Notes: generated from the letters alone by a model not told the origin. 64,000 bases of DNA from Sedimentisphaerales bacterium (GCA_963708075.1 OY970194.1:7072001-7136000); one strand, 5' to 3'. Numbered from the stretch's first letter, positions 12,983 to 23,432 are shown. Translations and numbers: made by a program.

Positions 12983-15103
12983 ATGCATCAATTTCGACAA
13001 CTTCTGGGACTCGTGGGCCTGGTCGCGCTGGCCGGCTGCATTGCTACGGGCGCGACGCCGCCTTCTTCGGGAATCTCCACTGATGCGGCAAAGCATTGGA
13101 CCGCGGACAATGGCAACGGCACTTACTCGAACCCGTTGTTTTATGAGGAGTTCGAGGACCCCGACATCATCCGCGTCGGCGAAGACTACTACCTGGCCGG
13201 CACCACCATGCACATGAACCCGGCCGTGCAGTTGATGCAATCCAAGGACCTGGTGAACTGGGAACTCGCCGGCTACTGCATGGACAGGCTCGACCTCGGC
13301 CCGGCCTTCCGCCTGGAAGACGGCAGAGGCATCTACGGCCGGGGCATCTGGGCGCCTTGCATCCGCTACCACAACGGCATGTTCTACGTCTTCTCCAACG
13401 TCAACGGCGCGGGCCTGCAGGTCTTCCGCTCCAAGTCGATTCATGGTCCCTGGGAGCGGAACCAACTGCCTGGAAGGCACGACCTGTCGGTTCTCTTCGA
13501 TGATGACGGCAAGATCTACCTCATCTCCGGCAACCGCAGCCCCTATCCTATCGAAGAGCTCGCCCCGGACCTCAAGTCCTTCGTCCCCGGTGTCCGCCGC
13601 CAACTGGATGCCAGGATGGGCGAAGGCCACCACCTCTACAAGATCAAGGGCAAGTACTACGACATTTCCGCGATCCCCGGCGCGACGACGGACCAGATGG
13701 TGGCTCGTGCTGACTCGATCGATGGCCCCTGGACCGTCGAGCGCATGGTCCAAGGCGAGTCCCTGGGCGTGCCCACCGTGGCACCCGCGCGCGTCACCGA
13801 CCGCGACCGCGGCCTGACCTTGCACCAGGGCGGCATGGTCAACACCCCCTCGGGCGAATGGTGGAGCGTCATCATGCAGGACCATGGCAGCGCCGGCCGC
13901 ATGGTCGCCCTGGTCCCCATCACTTGGGACAACGGCTTCCCCCTCATCGGTCTGCCGGGCAATCTCCGCAAGGCGCCCAATACTTGGATCAAGCCCAACA
14001 CCGGCCATACCCAGGATCCCAAGCCGTCGTTCATCCATGATGACAACTTCGACAGCGGCAAGCTCAATCCGCACTGGCAGTGGAATCACGTTCCCGATGA
14101 CACCAAGTGGTCCATCACCGAGAAGCCCGGGGTGCTTCGCCTCCATTCACTGCCGGCCAATGACTTCTACATCGCCCGCAACAGCATCTGCCAGCGGCCG
14201 CCGGCCCCTGAGTCCATTATGACCGTCGAACTGGACACGTCGGGCATGGTCGCGGGAGACACGGCGGGTCTGGCGCTCTTGAGTTCGCCCTATGCCTGGA
14301 TCGGCGTGGCGAAGTCCGCCGAGGGCACAACGCTGCAGATGCTCGACAACACCGGCAGCAGCGGTGGACGCCGAGGCGCCCCCGCGGCTCCGACCAAGCC
14401 TCCCACGATAGGCCCGGCCAATCCCCCTAAGCATCTCTGGCTGCGCGTCCACTGCAACTTCGACACCGATCAGGCCATCTTCAGCTGGAGCGACGACGGC
14501 AAGGAATTCACGCCTCTGGGCAATCCCTTCACCATGACCTTCCAGTTGACAACCTTCCAGGGCGTTCGCCCGTCCCTGTTCCACTACAACACGTCGGGAC
14601 AGCCCGGGGGCTATGTGGACTTCGATAACTACACGGTCGATGAACCGCGGGCGCGGGGCATCGAACGTGAGATCCCCATGGGCAAGACCATCGTGCTGAC
14701 CAGTGGCGCCGATGGCAGCTACCTGGCCGCCGACATACAGAACAACAAGCTGAGGAATGTCGCAGCCGACCCGAACAAGCCGGTCGCTCCTCAAGATGCG
14801 AAGTTCCAGGTCATCGATCTGGGCCTGGGTCGCGTGGCCCTCAAGGCCCCCAATGGCAAGGTTGTGTCCGTCGCGGGCCCTGAGAGCGTAGTCCTCAAGG
14901 ATCTCGCCGGCGCCAAGCCTGGCGATGCCGAATCGTTCCAGTGGATCAACCTGATACGAGGCGATACGATGCTCATGGTTCAGACAAACCATCAGTACCT
15001 CGCCACCAACCCCAACTCCCCCGGCGCGGTCACGGCGAACGCCCTCGGCGCCTCCGCCGCCCGCAAGAGCGGTGCGGAGTTCAAGTGGAAGGCTGTTGAA
15101 TAG
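12983..15103 (+). CDS. GH43 beta-xylosidase/arabinosidase with C-terminal beta-sandwich and a fascin/beta-trefoil-like module
   Basis: DPDIIRVGEDYY, SKDLVNW, WAPCIRYHNG, EGHHLYK, HQGGMV; GAGGAG RBS; LAGC lipobox-like leader. Confidence 0.92.
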   Translation: MHQFRQLLGLVGLVALAGCIATGATPPSSGISTDAAKHWTADNGNGTYSNPLFYEEFEDPDIIRVGEDYYLAGTTMHMNPAVQLMQSKDLVNWELAGYCMDRLDLGPAFRLEDGRGIYGRGIWAPCIRYHNGMFYVFSNVNGAGLQVFRSKSIHGPWERNQLPGRHDLSVLFDDDGKIYLISGNRSPYPIEELAPDLKSFVPGVRRQLDARMGEGHHLYKIKGKYYDISAIPGATTDQMVARADSIDGPWTVERMVQGESLGVPTVAPARVTDRDRGLTLHQGGMVNTPSGEWWSVIMQDHGSAGRMVALVPITWDNGFPLIGLPGNLRKAPNTWIKPNTGHTQDPKPSFIHDDNFDSGKLNPHWQWNHVPDDTKWSITEKPGVLRLHSLPANDFYIARNSICQRPPAPESIMTVELDTSGMVAGDTAGLALLSSPYAWIGVAKSAEGTTLQMLDNTGSSGGRRGAPAAPTKPPTIGPANPPKHLWLRVHCNFDTDQAIFSWSDDGKEFTPLGNPFTMTFQLTTFQGVRPSLFHYNTSGQPGGYVDFDNYTVDEPRARGIEREIPMGKTIVLTSGADGSYLAADIQNNKLRNVAADPNKPVAPQDAKFQVIDLGLGRVALKAPNGKVVSVAGPESVVLKDLAGAKPGDAESFQWINLIRGDTMLMVQTNHQYLATNPNSPGAVTANALGASAARKSGAEFKWKAVE

Positions 15104-15158
15104 AGACCCTTCCAATCGGTTCTTATCGCAGTGTCAATTATGAAAGGGAAGAACGGGT

Positions 15159-17705
15159 ATGCTTGAGAGACACATGGCATCGACAGTCCTACTTCTGTTG
15201 TCCCTGGCGTTATCCGCGACGTCCCTCGCAGCTGATCTCAAGCCGCGAATCATCGTGCTGACCGACATATCACCCATCACCGTGGAGCCCGATGACATGG
15301 AATCCATGATCCGGCTGATGGTGCATGCCGACCTGTTTGAAATAGAGGGCCTGGTCGCCACCACCGGCTGGAACAATAGCGGTGGTCAGGAACATCCCGA
15401 CCTCATCAAGAATGTGATCGACACCTACCAAGAAGACCTGCCCAGCCTGCGAAGACGCTCCGGCCAGGAAGGTCACCTGGCGGATGAGTCTCAGCAGAAG
15501 ATCGGCTACTGGCCAAGTCCGGACTATCTGCGATCGCGCACCGTCATGGGGAGCAGGAAGATGGGATTCAGCTTCATCGGTAAAGACAATGACTCCCCAG
15601 GCAGTGACCTGATCATCAAGATGGCCGACGAAAGGGATGATCGTCCCATCTGGATCCTTGTCTGGGGCGGCGCCAACACGCTTGCCCAGTCCGTCTGGCG
15701 TGCGCAACAAGATCGAGCCCCGGAACAACTCAGCGCGTTTCTGCACAAGATTCGCACCTATACGATCACCGATCAGGACCGCCCACAGCGCGGGGGGGCC
15801 TATGATTTCAGCTCTCACTACTGGATGCGCAAAGAGTTCCCCAAGGACCTGCTCTTTATCTGGGATGAATCCGCGTGGACATATCAGAATGGCACCGGAA
15901 GAGCCGACTGGGACAAGTATGCCAACCATATTCAAAACCATGGCAACCTCGGCCGCATGTATCCCAAATACAAATACGGCGTAGAAGGAGATACCCCCTC
16001 GTTTCTATACGTCACGCCTAATGGGCTGAACGATCCTGAGAATCCGGGCCATAGTGGTTGGGGTGGCTTTTTTGTCTGGGCCATGAGCATGGACAAGGAG
16101 ACCGAGGCGTATATAAACCATCGGGGAACCCAGGCGAATGCCATTTCCAGAAAGTATGAGGCTCGTTTCTACCCGGCGATCTTCAACGATTTTGCCGCCC
16201 GGATGGACTGGGCGAAGGATGGCGTGGGAAATCGAAATCCGGTGGTGGTCATCAACGGAGACAGTGGCATCGCCCACATCAAGCTCGCCCCCGCGCGAGA
16301 CGCTGCCATCGCCCTTGATGCTTCGGCCTCCCATGATCCGGACGGCGATAGACTGAAATTCTCATGGTGGGTGCTTTCCGAGGCGGGCACCTACAACAAG
16401 GACGTCAAGATCTCGGGCCCAGACGCGGCACGCGCCACGATCGCGGCTCCGTCGGACGCAGCGGGAAAGAGCATTCACGTCATCTGCGAGGTCACGGATG
16501 GCGGAACCCCTAACCTTACCAGTTATCGCCGGATCGTCCTGGAGCCGACCGGCGCCGCGACCGAGGGACTGCTGGCGCAGAAGCCGTCGGCCATCACCAA
16601 ACCGCGAGTGATCATCTTGTCGGACTTTCCACCGCTGGACGTTATTCCCGGAGGTGCGGGCCACGGGCCGGCCGAGAAGCGCAGCGACCCGGACGATGTG
16701 CAGTCGATGGTCCGCTTCCTGGTTTACGCGAACGAATTCGACGTCGAGGGGCTGGTGGCTTCGGCAGGCACTCTCGCCAACATCGCCAGGAAGCAGAACA
16801 TTCTGGACATCCTGGACCTCTACGACCAGGTGGATGAGAACCTGAGGAAACATGATTCCCGGTATCCGACGACGGGCCAATTGCGCGCGGTGACCTGGCA
16901 AGGCCGCGACGGCACTTGGGGCAAGCCGGCCACCGAAATCATCGGTAAGGGACGAGACAGCGAAGCATCGCAAGCCCTCATCAAGGTCGTGGACCGTCCC
17001 GATCCCCGACCGGTATGGGTGTGCGTTTGGGGCGGTCCGTGCGATGTGGCGCAGGCAATCTGGGAAGTGCAGAAGACACGCAGCCCTGCCGAGTTGGAGC
17101 GATTCCTCGGCAAGCTGCGTGTTTTCCTGATCGGGCTGGGGAATAAGCCGGCACAGGATGGCTCGGGACAGTGGATGCTCGACAATTTCCCGAACTTGTT
17201 CGTGATCGTCTCGCAAAAGACTTACGGAGGGATGTTCGCCCAGAACTCTCCCCTTGGGAACCTGGAGTGGCTCAACGCCAACATGCGCGAAGGCCACGGA
17301 CCGCTAGGTGCCGCTTATCCGCGGAGTGGGTTCAATCCAAATAGTCCGGGGCAGCAGGAGGGCGACACGCCTTCCTTCCTGTATCTTTACAGCGCCGTGC
17401 GCGGGATGAATGACCCCGAGAAGCCCGAACAGGAGAGCTGGGGCGGTCAATACATGCGGCGCGATCCTGCCAGGAAGCATTGGTATGACGGTCCGGGCGC
17501 GAAGAGCGTCTCCAAATGGCTGCCTGATATGCAAAGGGATTTCGCAACCCGCATGGACTGGTGCCAGGCTCCGCAAAGACCGGGGTCAGACCGTGAGCCC
17601 AACCTTGCCGGAAGCCTGGCAGCCACAGCACCCGGGAAGAGATGGGTTCGCATCGATGCTTCGGCCTCCAAAGACCCGGATGGTGATAATATGAATTCCC
17701 TGTGA
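15159..17705 (+). CDS. Protein with two DUF1593 (nucleoside-hydrolase-like) domains separated by an Ig-like domain
   Basis: KPRIIVLTD..EPDDMESMIRL / KPRVIILSD..DPDDVQSMVRF, two EGDTPSFLY and two FA(A/T)RMDW motifs; LDASASHDPDGD Ig-like domain. Confidence 0.88.
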   Translation: MLERHMASTVLLLLSLALSATSLAADLKPRIIVLTDISPITVEPDDMESMIRLMVHADLFEIEGLVATTGWNNSGGQEHPDLIKNVIDTYQEDLPSLRRRSGQEGHLADESQQKIGYWPSPDYLRSRTVMGSRKMGFSFIGKDNDSPGSDLIIKMADERDDRPIWILVWGGANTLAQSVWRAQQDRAPEQLSAFLHKIRTYTITDQDRPQRGGAYDFSSHYWMRKEFPKDLLFIWDESAWTYQNGTGRADWDKYANHIQNHGNLGRMYPKYKYGVEGDTPSFLYVTPNGLNDPENPGHSGWGGFFVWAMSMDKETEAYINHRGTQANAISRKYEARFYPAIFNDFAARMDWAKDGVGNRNPVVVINGDSGIAHIKLAPARDAAIALDASASHDPDGDRLKFSWWVLSEAGTYNKDVKISGPDAARATIAAPSDAAGKSIHVICEVTDGGTPNLTSYRRIVLEPTGAATEGLLAQKPSAITKPRVIILSDFPPLDVIPGGAGHGPAEKRSDPDDVQSMVRFLVYANEFDVEGLVASAGTLANIARKQNILDILDLYDQVDENLRKHDSRYPTTGQLRAVTWQGRDGTWGKPATEIIGKGRDSEASQALIKVVDRPDPRPVWVCVWGGPCDVAQAIWEVQKTRSPAELERFLGKLRVFLIGLGNKPAQDGSGQWMLDNFPNLFVIVSQKTYGGMFAQNSPLGNLEWLNANMREGHGPLGAAYPRSGFNPNSPGQQEGDTPSFLYLYSAVRGMNDPEKPEQESWGGQYMRRDPARKHWYDGPGAKSVSKWLPDMQRDFATRMDWCQAPQRPGSDREPNLAGSLAATAPGKRWVRIDASASKDPDGDNMNSL

Positions 17706-17721
17706 AAGAAGGAACTGCCCA

Positions 17722-18786
17722 ATGAAAAAGTCCAATCTCCCGTGGTTCATCATTATGGTGCTGCTGTCCGGCAGTGCCCTCCTCGCTGCCGCGGCCGCAC
17801 CAGCCACCCAGGCGGCCGCCGCTCGGGCCAAGCTGCCTTTTGCCACGCCGCTCCAGTGGAAGTCCACTGGCGTGCTGGTCAAGCCGGTCTCTGATGCAAG
17901 CCACACGATCGTGTCCGTCAAAGACCCAACTATCGTGCGCTACAACGATCTGTGGCACATTTACGCGACCGTCTACTCGACATCCGCCAGAACCTGGAAC
18001 ATGGTGTACCTGAACTTCAAGGACTGGTCTGAAGCCCCCAACGCCAAGCTGTACTTCATGGATCAGAATCCGAACCTGAGAGGGTATCACTGCGCACCGA
18101 GTCTGTTCTACTTCCGTCCGCACAAGAAATGGTACCTGGTCTTCCAGTCGCAGCAGCCTCAGTATTGCACCACCGACGATATTTCCAGGCCCCAAACTTG
18201 GACCAAGCCGCAGAACTTCTTTGGAGGACAACCTGCAAGCATGCCGAGGCTCCCAATCGACTACCACGTGATCGCTGACGACACGCACGCCTATCTGTTC
18301 TTCACCGGGGATGACGGTCGCTTCTATCGCAGTCGGACCAGGATCGAGGACTTCCCCAAGGGCATGAGCAACCCGGAGATCGCCATCCAGGATCAGCGAA
18401 GCAACCTCTTCGAGGCTAGTATCACCTACAAGATCAAGGGCACCAATACCTATCTGACCCTGATCGAGGCTTTGAGCCCGGCACGGTACTATCGCGCCTG
18501 GACATCCGACCGCCTCGACGGCCAATGGACGCCCGTTCCGGATGCCAACACGTGGGACAAGCCCTTCGCAGGGATCAATAACGTCACCTTCGAAGACGGC
18601 GTGGCGCCCTGGACCAGGGACATCAGCCACGGAGAACTGATTCGCGACGGATATGACGAAACGATGACCATCGACCCCAACAACCTGCAACTGCTTTACC
18701 AGGGTCGTGATCCGGCCAGTGGCGGGCGATACGAGCTGTTGCCCTATCAACTCGGCCTCCTGAAATTGGACCGTTCCGGGGAGTAG
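17722..18786 (+). CDS. GH62 alpha-L-arabinofuranosidase
   Basis: SVKDPTIV, APSLFYFRP, LFFTGDDG, LFEA, DISHGELIR..DETMTIDP..LQLLYQG. Confidence 0.95.
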   Translation: MKKSNLPWFIIMVLLSGSALLAAAAAPATQAAAARAKLPFATPLQWKSTGVLVKPVSDASHTIVSVKDPTIVRYNDLWHIYATVYSTSARTWNMVYLNFKDWSEAPNAKLYFMDQNPNLRGYHCAPSLFYFRPHKKWYLVFQSQQPQYCTTDDISRPQTWTKPQNFFGGQPASMPRLPIDYHVIADDTHAYLFFTGDDGRFYRSRTRIEDFPKGMSNPEIAIQDQRSNLFEASITYKIKGTNTYLTLIEALSPARYYRAWTSDRLDGQWTPVPDANTWDKPFAGINNVTFEDGVAPWTRDISHGELIRDGYDETMTIDPNNLQLLYQGRDPASGGRYELLPYQLGLLKLDRSGE

Positions 18787-18853
18787 AGCCGTTGGGGACA
18801 GACCCGCTCTATCTTGATCCGTTGAACAAGAGCCGTACAGAAAGGAACAAATC

Positions 18854-19969
18854 ATGAATATGAAGAAGACAGTCACCATTGCAGGCCTGGCGATCCTGTG
18901 GATCGGTGCGGCGCATGTTACGGCAGGCCAGGACGTGCCCGCGCTGAAAGACGTGTTCAAGGCCGACTTTCTGATCGGCGGCGCTCTGAACCGGAACCTC
19001 GTGACGGGTCGGGATCCCAATGCCGCCGCGATTGCCGAGAAGCATTTCAGCACCATCACTGCGGAGAACGACCTGAAATGGCAACGCGTCCATCCGCAGC
19101 CCGACCAATACAACTGGGAGCCGGCCGACAGCTACGTGGCCTTCGGCGAAAAGAACAAGATGTTCATTGTCGGCCATTGCCTCGTCTGGCATGCCCAGAC
19201 TCCTCGATGGGTGTTTCAGGACGATGCGGGCAACCCACCGACGCGCGATGCCCTCCTGGCGGGCATGAAAGACCACATCATGACCGTTGTGGGCCGCTAT
19301 AAAGGCCGCATCAAGGGCTGGGACGTGGTGAATGAGGCTCTCGCCGATAACGGCACGATGCGAGACACCCAGTGGCTGCGCATCATCGGCGAGGGCTCGC
19401 CAGACAAGAAGTGCGACCACATCGAGAGCGCCTTCCGGTGGGCTCGCGAAGCCGACCCCAATGCCGAGCTCTACTACAACGACTTTGGCCTGGAAACGTC
19501 GAAGGCCAAGTGCGACGCCGCCGTCGCGCTCGTGAAGGACCTCAAATCCAAGGGTCTGCGCATTGACGGTGTTGGCATTCAACTGCACGGCGGACTGATG
19601 CACCCCAGCGTCGAAGGTCTCGAATACGCCATCGCGTCCCTGGCCGCGACCGGCGTCAAGGTCATGATCACGGAATTGGACATTCGCACGCAAACCCGCG
19701 GTTATCGCGGCGCCGATATCAGCCGGGTCAGCCGGGCCAGCACGAACGATCCGACCGCCGCGGCCGCCGAGATGCAGAAGAAGCTTGCCGACAAGTACGC
19801 CGAGATCTTCTCCGTGCTACTCAAGCACAAGAAGGACATCACCCGCGTTACGTTCTGGGGTGTGTATGACAGGACCTCCTGGATCGGCGGCTCGCCGCTG
19901 CTGTTCGATCGGGACTACAGACCCAAAGAGGCGTTCTTTGCGGTGGTGAAGACTGCCCAGCAACAATGA
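18854..19969 (+). CDS. GH10 endo-1,4-beta-xylanase
   Basis: ENDLKW, GHCLVWH, WDVVNE (acid/base), YYNDF, ITELD (nucleophile), TFWG; signal peptide. Confidence 0.96.
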   Translation: MNMKKTVTIAGLAILWIGAAHVTAGQDVPALKDVFKADFLIGGALNRNLVTGRDPNAAAIAEKHFSTITAENDLKWQRVHPQPDQYNWEPADSYVAFGEKNKMFIVGHCLVWHAQTPRWVFQDDAGNPPTRDALLAGMKDHIMTVVGRYKGRIKGWDVVNEALADNGTMRDTQWLRIIGEGSPDKKCDHIESAFRWAREADPNAELYYNDFGLETSKAKCDAAVALVKDLKSKGLRIDGVGIQLHGGLMHPSVEGLEYAIASLAATGVKVMITELDIRTQTRGYRGADISRVSRASTNDPTAAAAEMQKKLADKYAEIFSVLLKHKKDITRVTFWGVYDRTSWIGGSPLLFDRDYRPKEAFFAVVKTAQQQ

Positions 19970-20215
19970 ACCTTGAAGAGAAGCCATCGGGGAGCCCAGA
20001 CAGAAATCTCAGCAAAAGCTTGCCTGTCACAGTACGGGACTCTCCATCGAGCGCTGCGTCAAGGACCTGCTGCCGTGCATGACCCTGAAAGAAGGGCACC
20101 TGGCGTTCTACAACGTCGACATGAGGTGAGTGGTCGAACCCGACGTATTCGAGATTATGATCGCCAACTGCCACGGGACAAGGACTTGCGGAGAGTCATA
20201 CCACATGTGAAATGA
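19966..20215 (+). pseudogene. GH3 beta-glucosidase/xylosidase deletion remnant
   Basis: Translates as ...LSIERCVKDLLPCMTLKE (GH3 N-terminal pattern) joined directly to GHLAFYNVDMR*VVEPDVFEIMIAN...RDKDL (GH3 C-terminal Fn3-like end); ATG overlaps the GH10 stop. Confidence 0.75.
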
Positions 20216-20693
20216 CATTGCCTGGTGTCATCCTGAGGTGTGGCCGCCCGTCTTCCGGATGATCGGGGTTCACCAGCCGATCTGCTGCACCAGAGCTCTG
20301 CCTGGAAACTGGAAGTGCTCAGGAGGTTCTCCAAAGCACGTGGGCAATTCCTCAGTAGCTCATCAGGAGCACGCGTACCGATCAAAATCGCCCGATTCCA
20401 CATCGAGATCTATGTCGCCAAAATGTCACCACACAAGTTCATTTTGATCGAATCGCACCTTCTCAAAACCCCTGTCAAGCACAAAAAAGCCAATTTTCAT
20501 GACGGCAATAGTACAACCAGTCCGTTGACCCCCTCGATCGAGGCCCTTCGGTCTCTCGGTCCGATGTTCCGGTCATGTAGCAGACCACGCATAGGAGACG
20601 ATTTGGTAGGTGGCGGATGTTGAGGGTGCGACAAGTTGAGAGTGGATGCCGCGACAAGCGTGTACCACCAGTCCGCGGGGCCGGCATGACTGG

Positions 20694-20972
20694 TCAGACG
20701 AGATGAAGATTGGCCAGAACAGTGCTATAGATCTCGCCGATCAGTTCGGCCGGCAGATCCAGGGTGATCTCACGGGTCCTGCCGTACCTGCCCCGGGAGA
20801 TGATCCGGCATTGCAGGAGGGAGTAGAGATCGAGCTCGGCCAGCATGTCACTGAAAACCCTCCCCGTAAGGGGTCGGACATCTGCCCGCGTACAGAACGC
20901 CCGGTAAGCGTCGTAGGCCTCGCCCGTACCGAGCACATGCTTCTTTGACTTCCGTTGTGCTTCGATGACTGG
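20694..20972 (-). pseudogene. Cdc6/Orc1-type C-terminal winged-helix fragment
   Basis: [24 protein letters not shown]....[21 protein letters not shown]....[13 protein letters not shown] matches the Cdc6_C pattern; no cognate AAA+ N-terminus in frame. Confidence 0.75.
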
Positions 20973-21559
20973 CTGCCGATGAAATGATAGATCTCCGGCT
21001 CATCAAACCACTCGGCCGTCTTGCGATGGATTTCCTCAACCGATGGGTTAAACCACAGGATAATCGTCCGATCCTCCAAGGCGCGAACATTGCTGCTGAG
21101 CGATCGCCACTCATTTGCGATTAGCATTGCGTTACTGGTCGTCATAAACTCCGTCGGCAGTTCCGGAACGGCCGTCACGGCATTGCTCAACCAACTGATT
21201 CGTTTGGTCCGTCGCGTATTGCACAGTGGCTTAAGGATGCGAACACAGTCGGGATTAGCATACAGGCGGTCGAGGTCATCGAGCACCACGGGGCTATCGC
21301 GGTAACGCCACAGGCCTTGGTACAGACCGAAAGGCTGGGGGTGCCCCTCTACGTACAGCGTCTTGCTGTGATGAGAATCATCAATACCCAATGCCTGCTT
21401 TACAGCTTCTGTCTTACCGATGCCAGGCTTGCCGAGCAACAAGACAAGATCCAGGGAGCCTTCGGCAAACTTACACAAATAGCGGTCCAGGTCGTGGTAG
21501 TTTGTCACCACGATAGCATCGTCGGGCATCGGAATCGAGTTGTCGGTCTTGGCAGTCAT
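20973..21559 (-). pseudogene. P-loop (AAA-like) ATPase, C-terminally truncated or fused out of frame to the Cdc6 fragment
   Basis: Walker A GKPGIGKT, Walker B VVLDD, ALEDR arginine-finger-like motif; low-complexity read-through after EIYHFIG. Confidence 0.7.
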
Positions 21560-21649
21560 GGGCGGAGGTACAGAATGCAAATGTGGGCGATTTTGAGACT
21601 TCCGCGCGTAAGTCCTTGTATATACAAGGCTGAAGATAGTCTCATGTTC

Positions 21650-22540
21650 TCAGCCGGTGGCCCTCATCGCAGCTTGATCCATGATGTGTTGAAACTCCGC
21701 CAGCATCGTAGGTCCGGCCTGTGAGAGGAAGCGGACTACCGCTGCATTGTTCAGAAGGCTCCGCAAGTATCCGACGACCACAACGAGATGGAGCATGTTC
21801 CGACCGTACTCCTCCTGGACCAGGTTGAACTCGTGTTCCATGTTGTTCATCTCTCTTTGCAGGCGAGCAACGTCGAGATCTTCCATTCCTTCTGGAGCAG
21901 TCTGTTGGCTGGGTTCCAGCACTTGGTCCGGCGAACTGGCCAAGACCAGGCACTTGGCGTAGGCAGCGGTGTAGTTGTTCGAGGCGATCATTACTTCAGC
22001 CATCTCGATCTGACGCATCGGCTTGACTTGCTTCATTTCCCGGATCGCCCCGGCCGAAGCCTTGCGCTCCCGTAGAAGGTCGACGGCCTCCGGACAGATG
22101 CCGGCCAGCAGGTCGCGTTTCTGCTTGATGGTGTCCACGTTCACGTTGAGCGTCTTGGCGATCCGTTCTTCTGATACTCCGTTTTTGATGGCACGTAGAA
22201 CCATGAAATGTTCCTGGATCGGCTGAAGCTGGTTGACCTTGTGGTTGTAAGTAAATGCTTCGTCATCAGTTGCGACAAGGCAGAACAAACTCTCGAATTT
22301 CAGACTCTTTGCGATCTCGAGACGTATGTGACCGTCCAGCATAAGGTAAGTGTCCTTATCGCCTTTGTTGGGGAACACGATGGGCGGCTTGATGATGCCG
22401 ACTTCCTGCATTGATGACTTGATTCGAAGATATCGTTGGGAAGAACGGATACCTTTGGGCAGACTCTTCAGCGGTAGGATCTTGTCTAAAGACAAGGTCA
22501 CGCCTTCTGGTTTGAAGGCTATCGGTACATTTTCTCGCAT
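21650..22540 (-). CDS. ParB-like protein with RepB C-terminal domain
   Basis: SMQEVGII.PPIV...YLMLDGHIRL, DDEAFTYN, QEHFMV, PMRQIEMAE. Confidence 0.88.
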   Translation of the reverse strand: MRENVPIAFKPEGVTLSLDKILPLKSLPKGIRSSQRYLRIKSSMQEVGIIKPPIVFPNKGDKDTYLMLDGHIRLEIAKSLKFESLFCLVATDDEAFTYNHKVNQLQPIQEHFMVLRAIKNGVSEERIAKTLNVNVDTIKQKRDLLAGICPEAVDLLRERKASAGAIREMKQVKPMRQIEMAEVMIASNNYTAAYAKCLVLASSPDQVLEPSQQTAPEGMEDLDVARLQREMNNMEHEFNLVQEEYGRNMLHLVVVVGYLRSLLNNAAVVRFLSQAGPTMLAEFQHIMDQAAMRATG

Positions 22541-22553
22541 ACACGTACCTTTC

Positions 22554-23432
22554 TCAGAGAACCTTTTCGGCCAAGTACTGCGGCAGTGAATCGAGCGATT
22601 CTGCTCGCAACAGGTTGATGAAATTCTCATCTGTAAAGAGCCGCTTCATCGCGGCAACGACGTACAGCAATTGGCGCTGGCACAGATGAGCTTGCTTGAC
22701 AACGGCCTGTTGCCGTGCCGTCTCGTCACGATAGGCCTCGAGCATCTTGTGTGTGGAAAGCGATTCAGGGGATCCTTCTTTGGTTTCACTGCCCTTGAAT
22801 CCACTATCTGCCCTCCGTTTCTCGATAAACGCACGGACTCTCAAGAGTTTCTTGCCCCGCAGGAGATTCTGTTCATATGCCTCATGAAGTGCCTTCTGAA
22901 TGCCTTCGTCATCGGAGGTAGCGATCTCGATGGCCACACTGAGCGGTATGCGGTGCTTTTCGACGGCTTGCAGGAGATCAGTCTCCCCATGTGTCAGCAG
23001 TCGCAAGACCCCGCTGACGTACGTAGGGGTCAGATCGGTTTTGGCGGCAATTTGTGAGATCTTATACCCGCGTTTCTTCAAAGTAGCGATCTCTTCCAGG
23101 AGTTCCGCCGACCGGGCCTGACGGTGCGCGAGGTTCTCGACAAGACTCATCAACAGCAGATCTTCGCTCGATGTGTTCCGCACTCGTGCGGGTATCATCT
23201 CCTCGCCCAGGCTGCGGAATGCCAGCAGGCGCCCTTCGCCGCATACCAGGTCGTAAGCACCCGGACCGTATTTCCCACTGGCAGGGGAGACAGTGATTGG
23301 TTTCTTCACTCCAATCGCCTTGATGCTCGAGATGATCTGCTTGAACTTCTCTTGCGCTCGTGACCGAGTGTTCACGATGTTGATTTGGTCAACGGGGATA
23401 GACAGTACGGGGTCGTCGTATTGGTAGGTCAT
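22554..23432 (-). CDS. ParB/RepB/Spo0J-family protein
   Basis: GVKKPITV...YDLVCGEGRL, LMSLVENL, HTH. Confidence 0.9.
   Translation of the reverse strand: MTYQYDDPVLSIPVDQINIVNTRSRAQEKFKQIISSIKAIGVKKPITVSPASGKYGPGAYDLVCGEGRLLAFRSLGEEMIPARVRNTSSEDLLLMSLVENLAHRQARSAELLEEIATLKKRGYKISQIAAKTDLTPTYVSGVLRLLTHGETDLLQAVEKHRIPLSVAIEIATSDDEGIQKALHEAYEQNLLRGKKLLRVRAFIEKRRADSGFKGSETKEGSPESLSTHKMLEAYRDETARQQAVVKQAHLCQRQLLYVVAAMKRLFTDENFINLLRAESLDSLPQYLAEKVL

Noticed and set aside
20216..20690. ORFs or a left att site between the GH3 scar and the Cdc6 fragment
   Set aside because: No recognisable protein motif and no copy of the tRNA-Met segment seen
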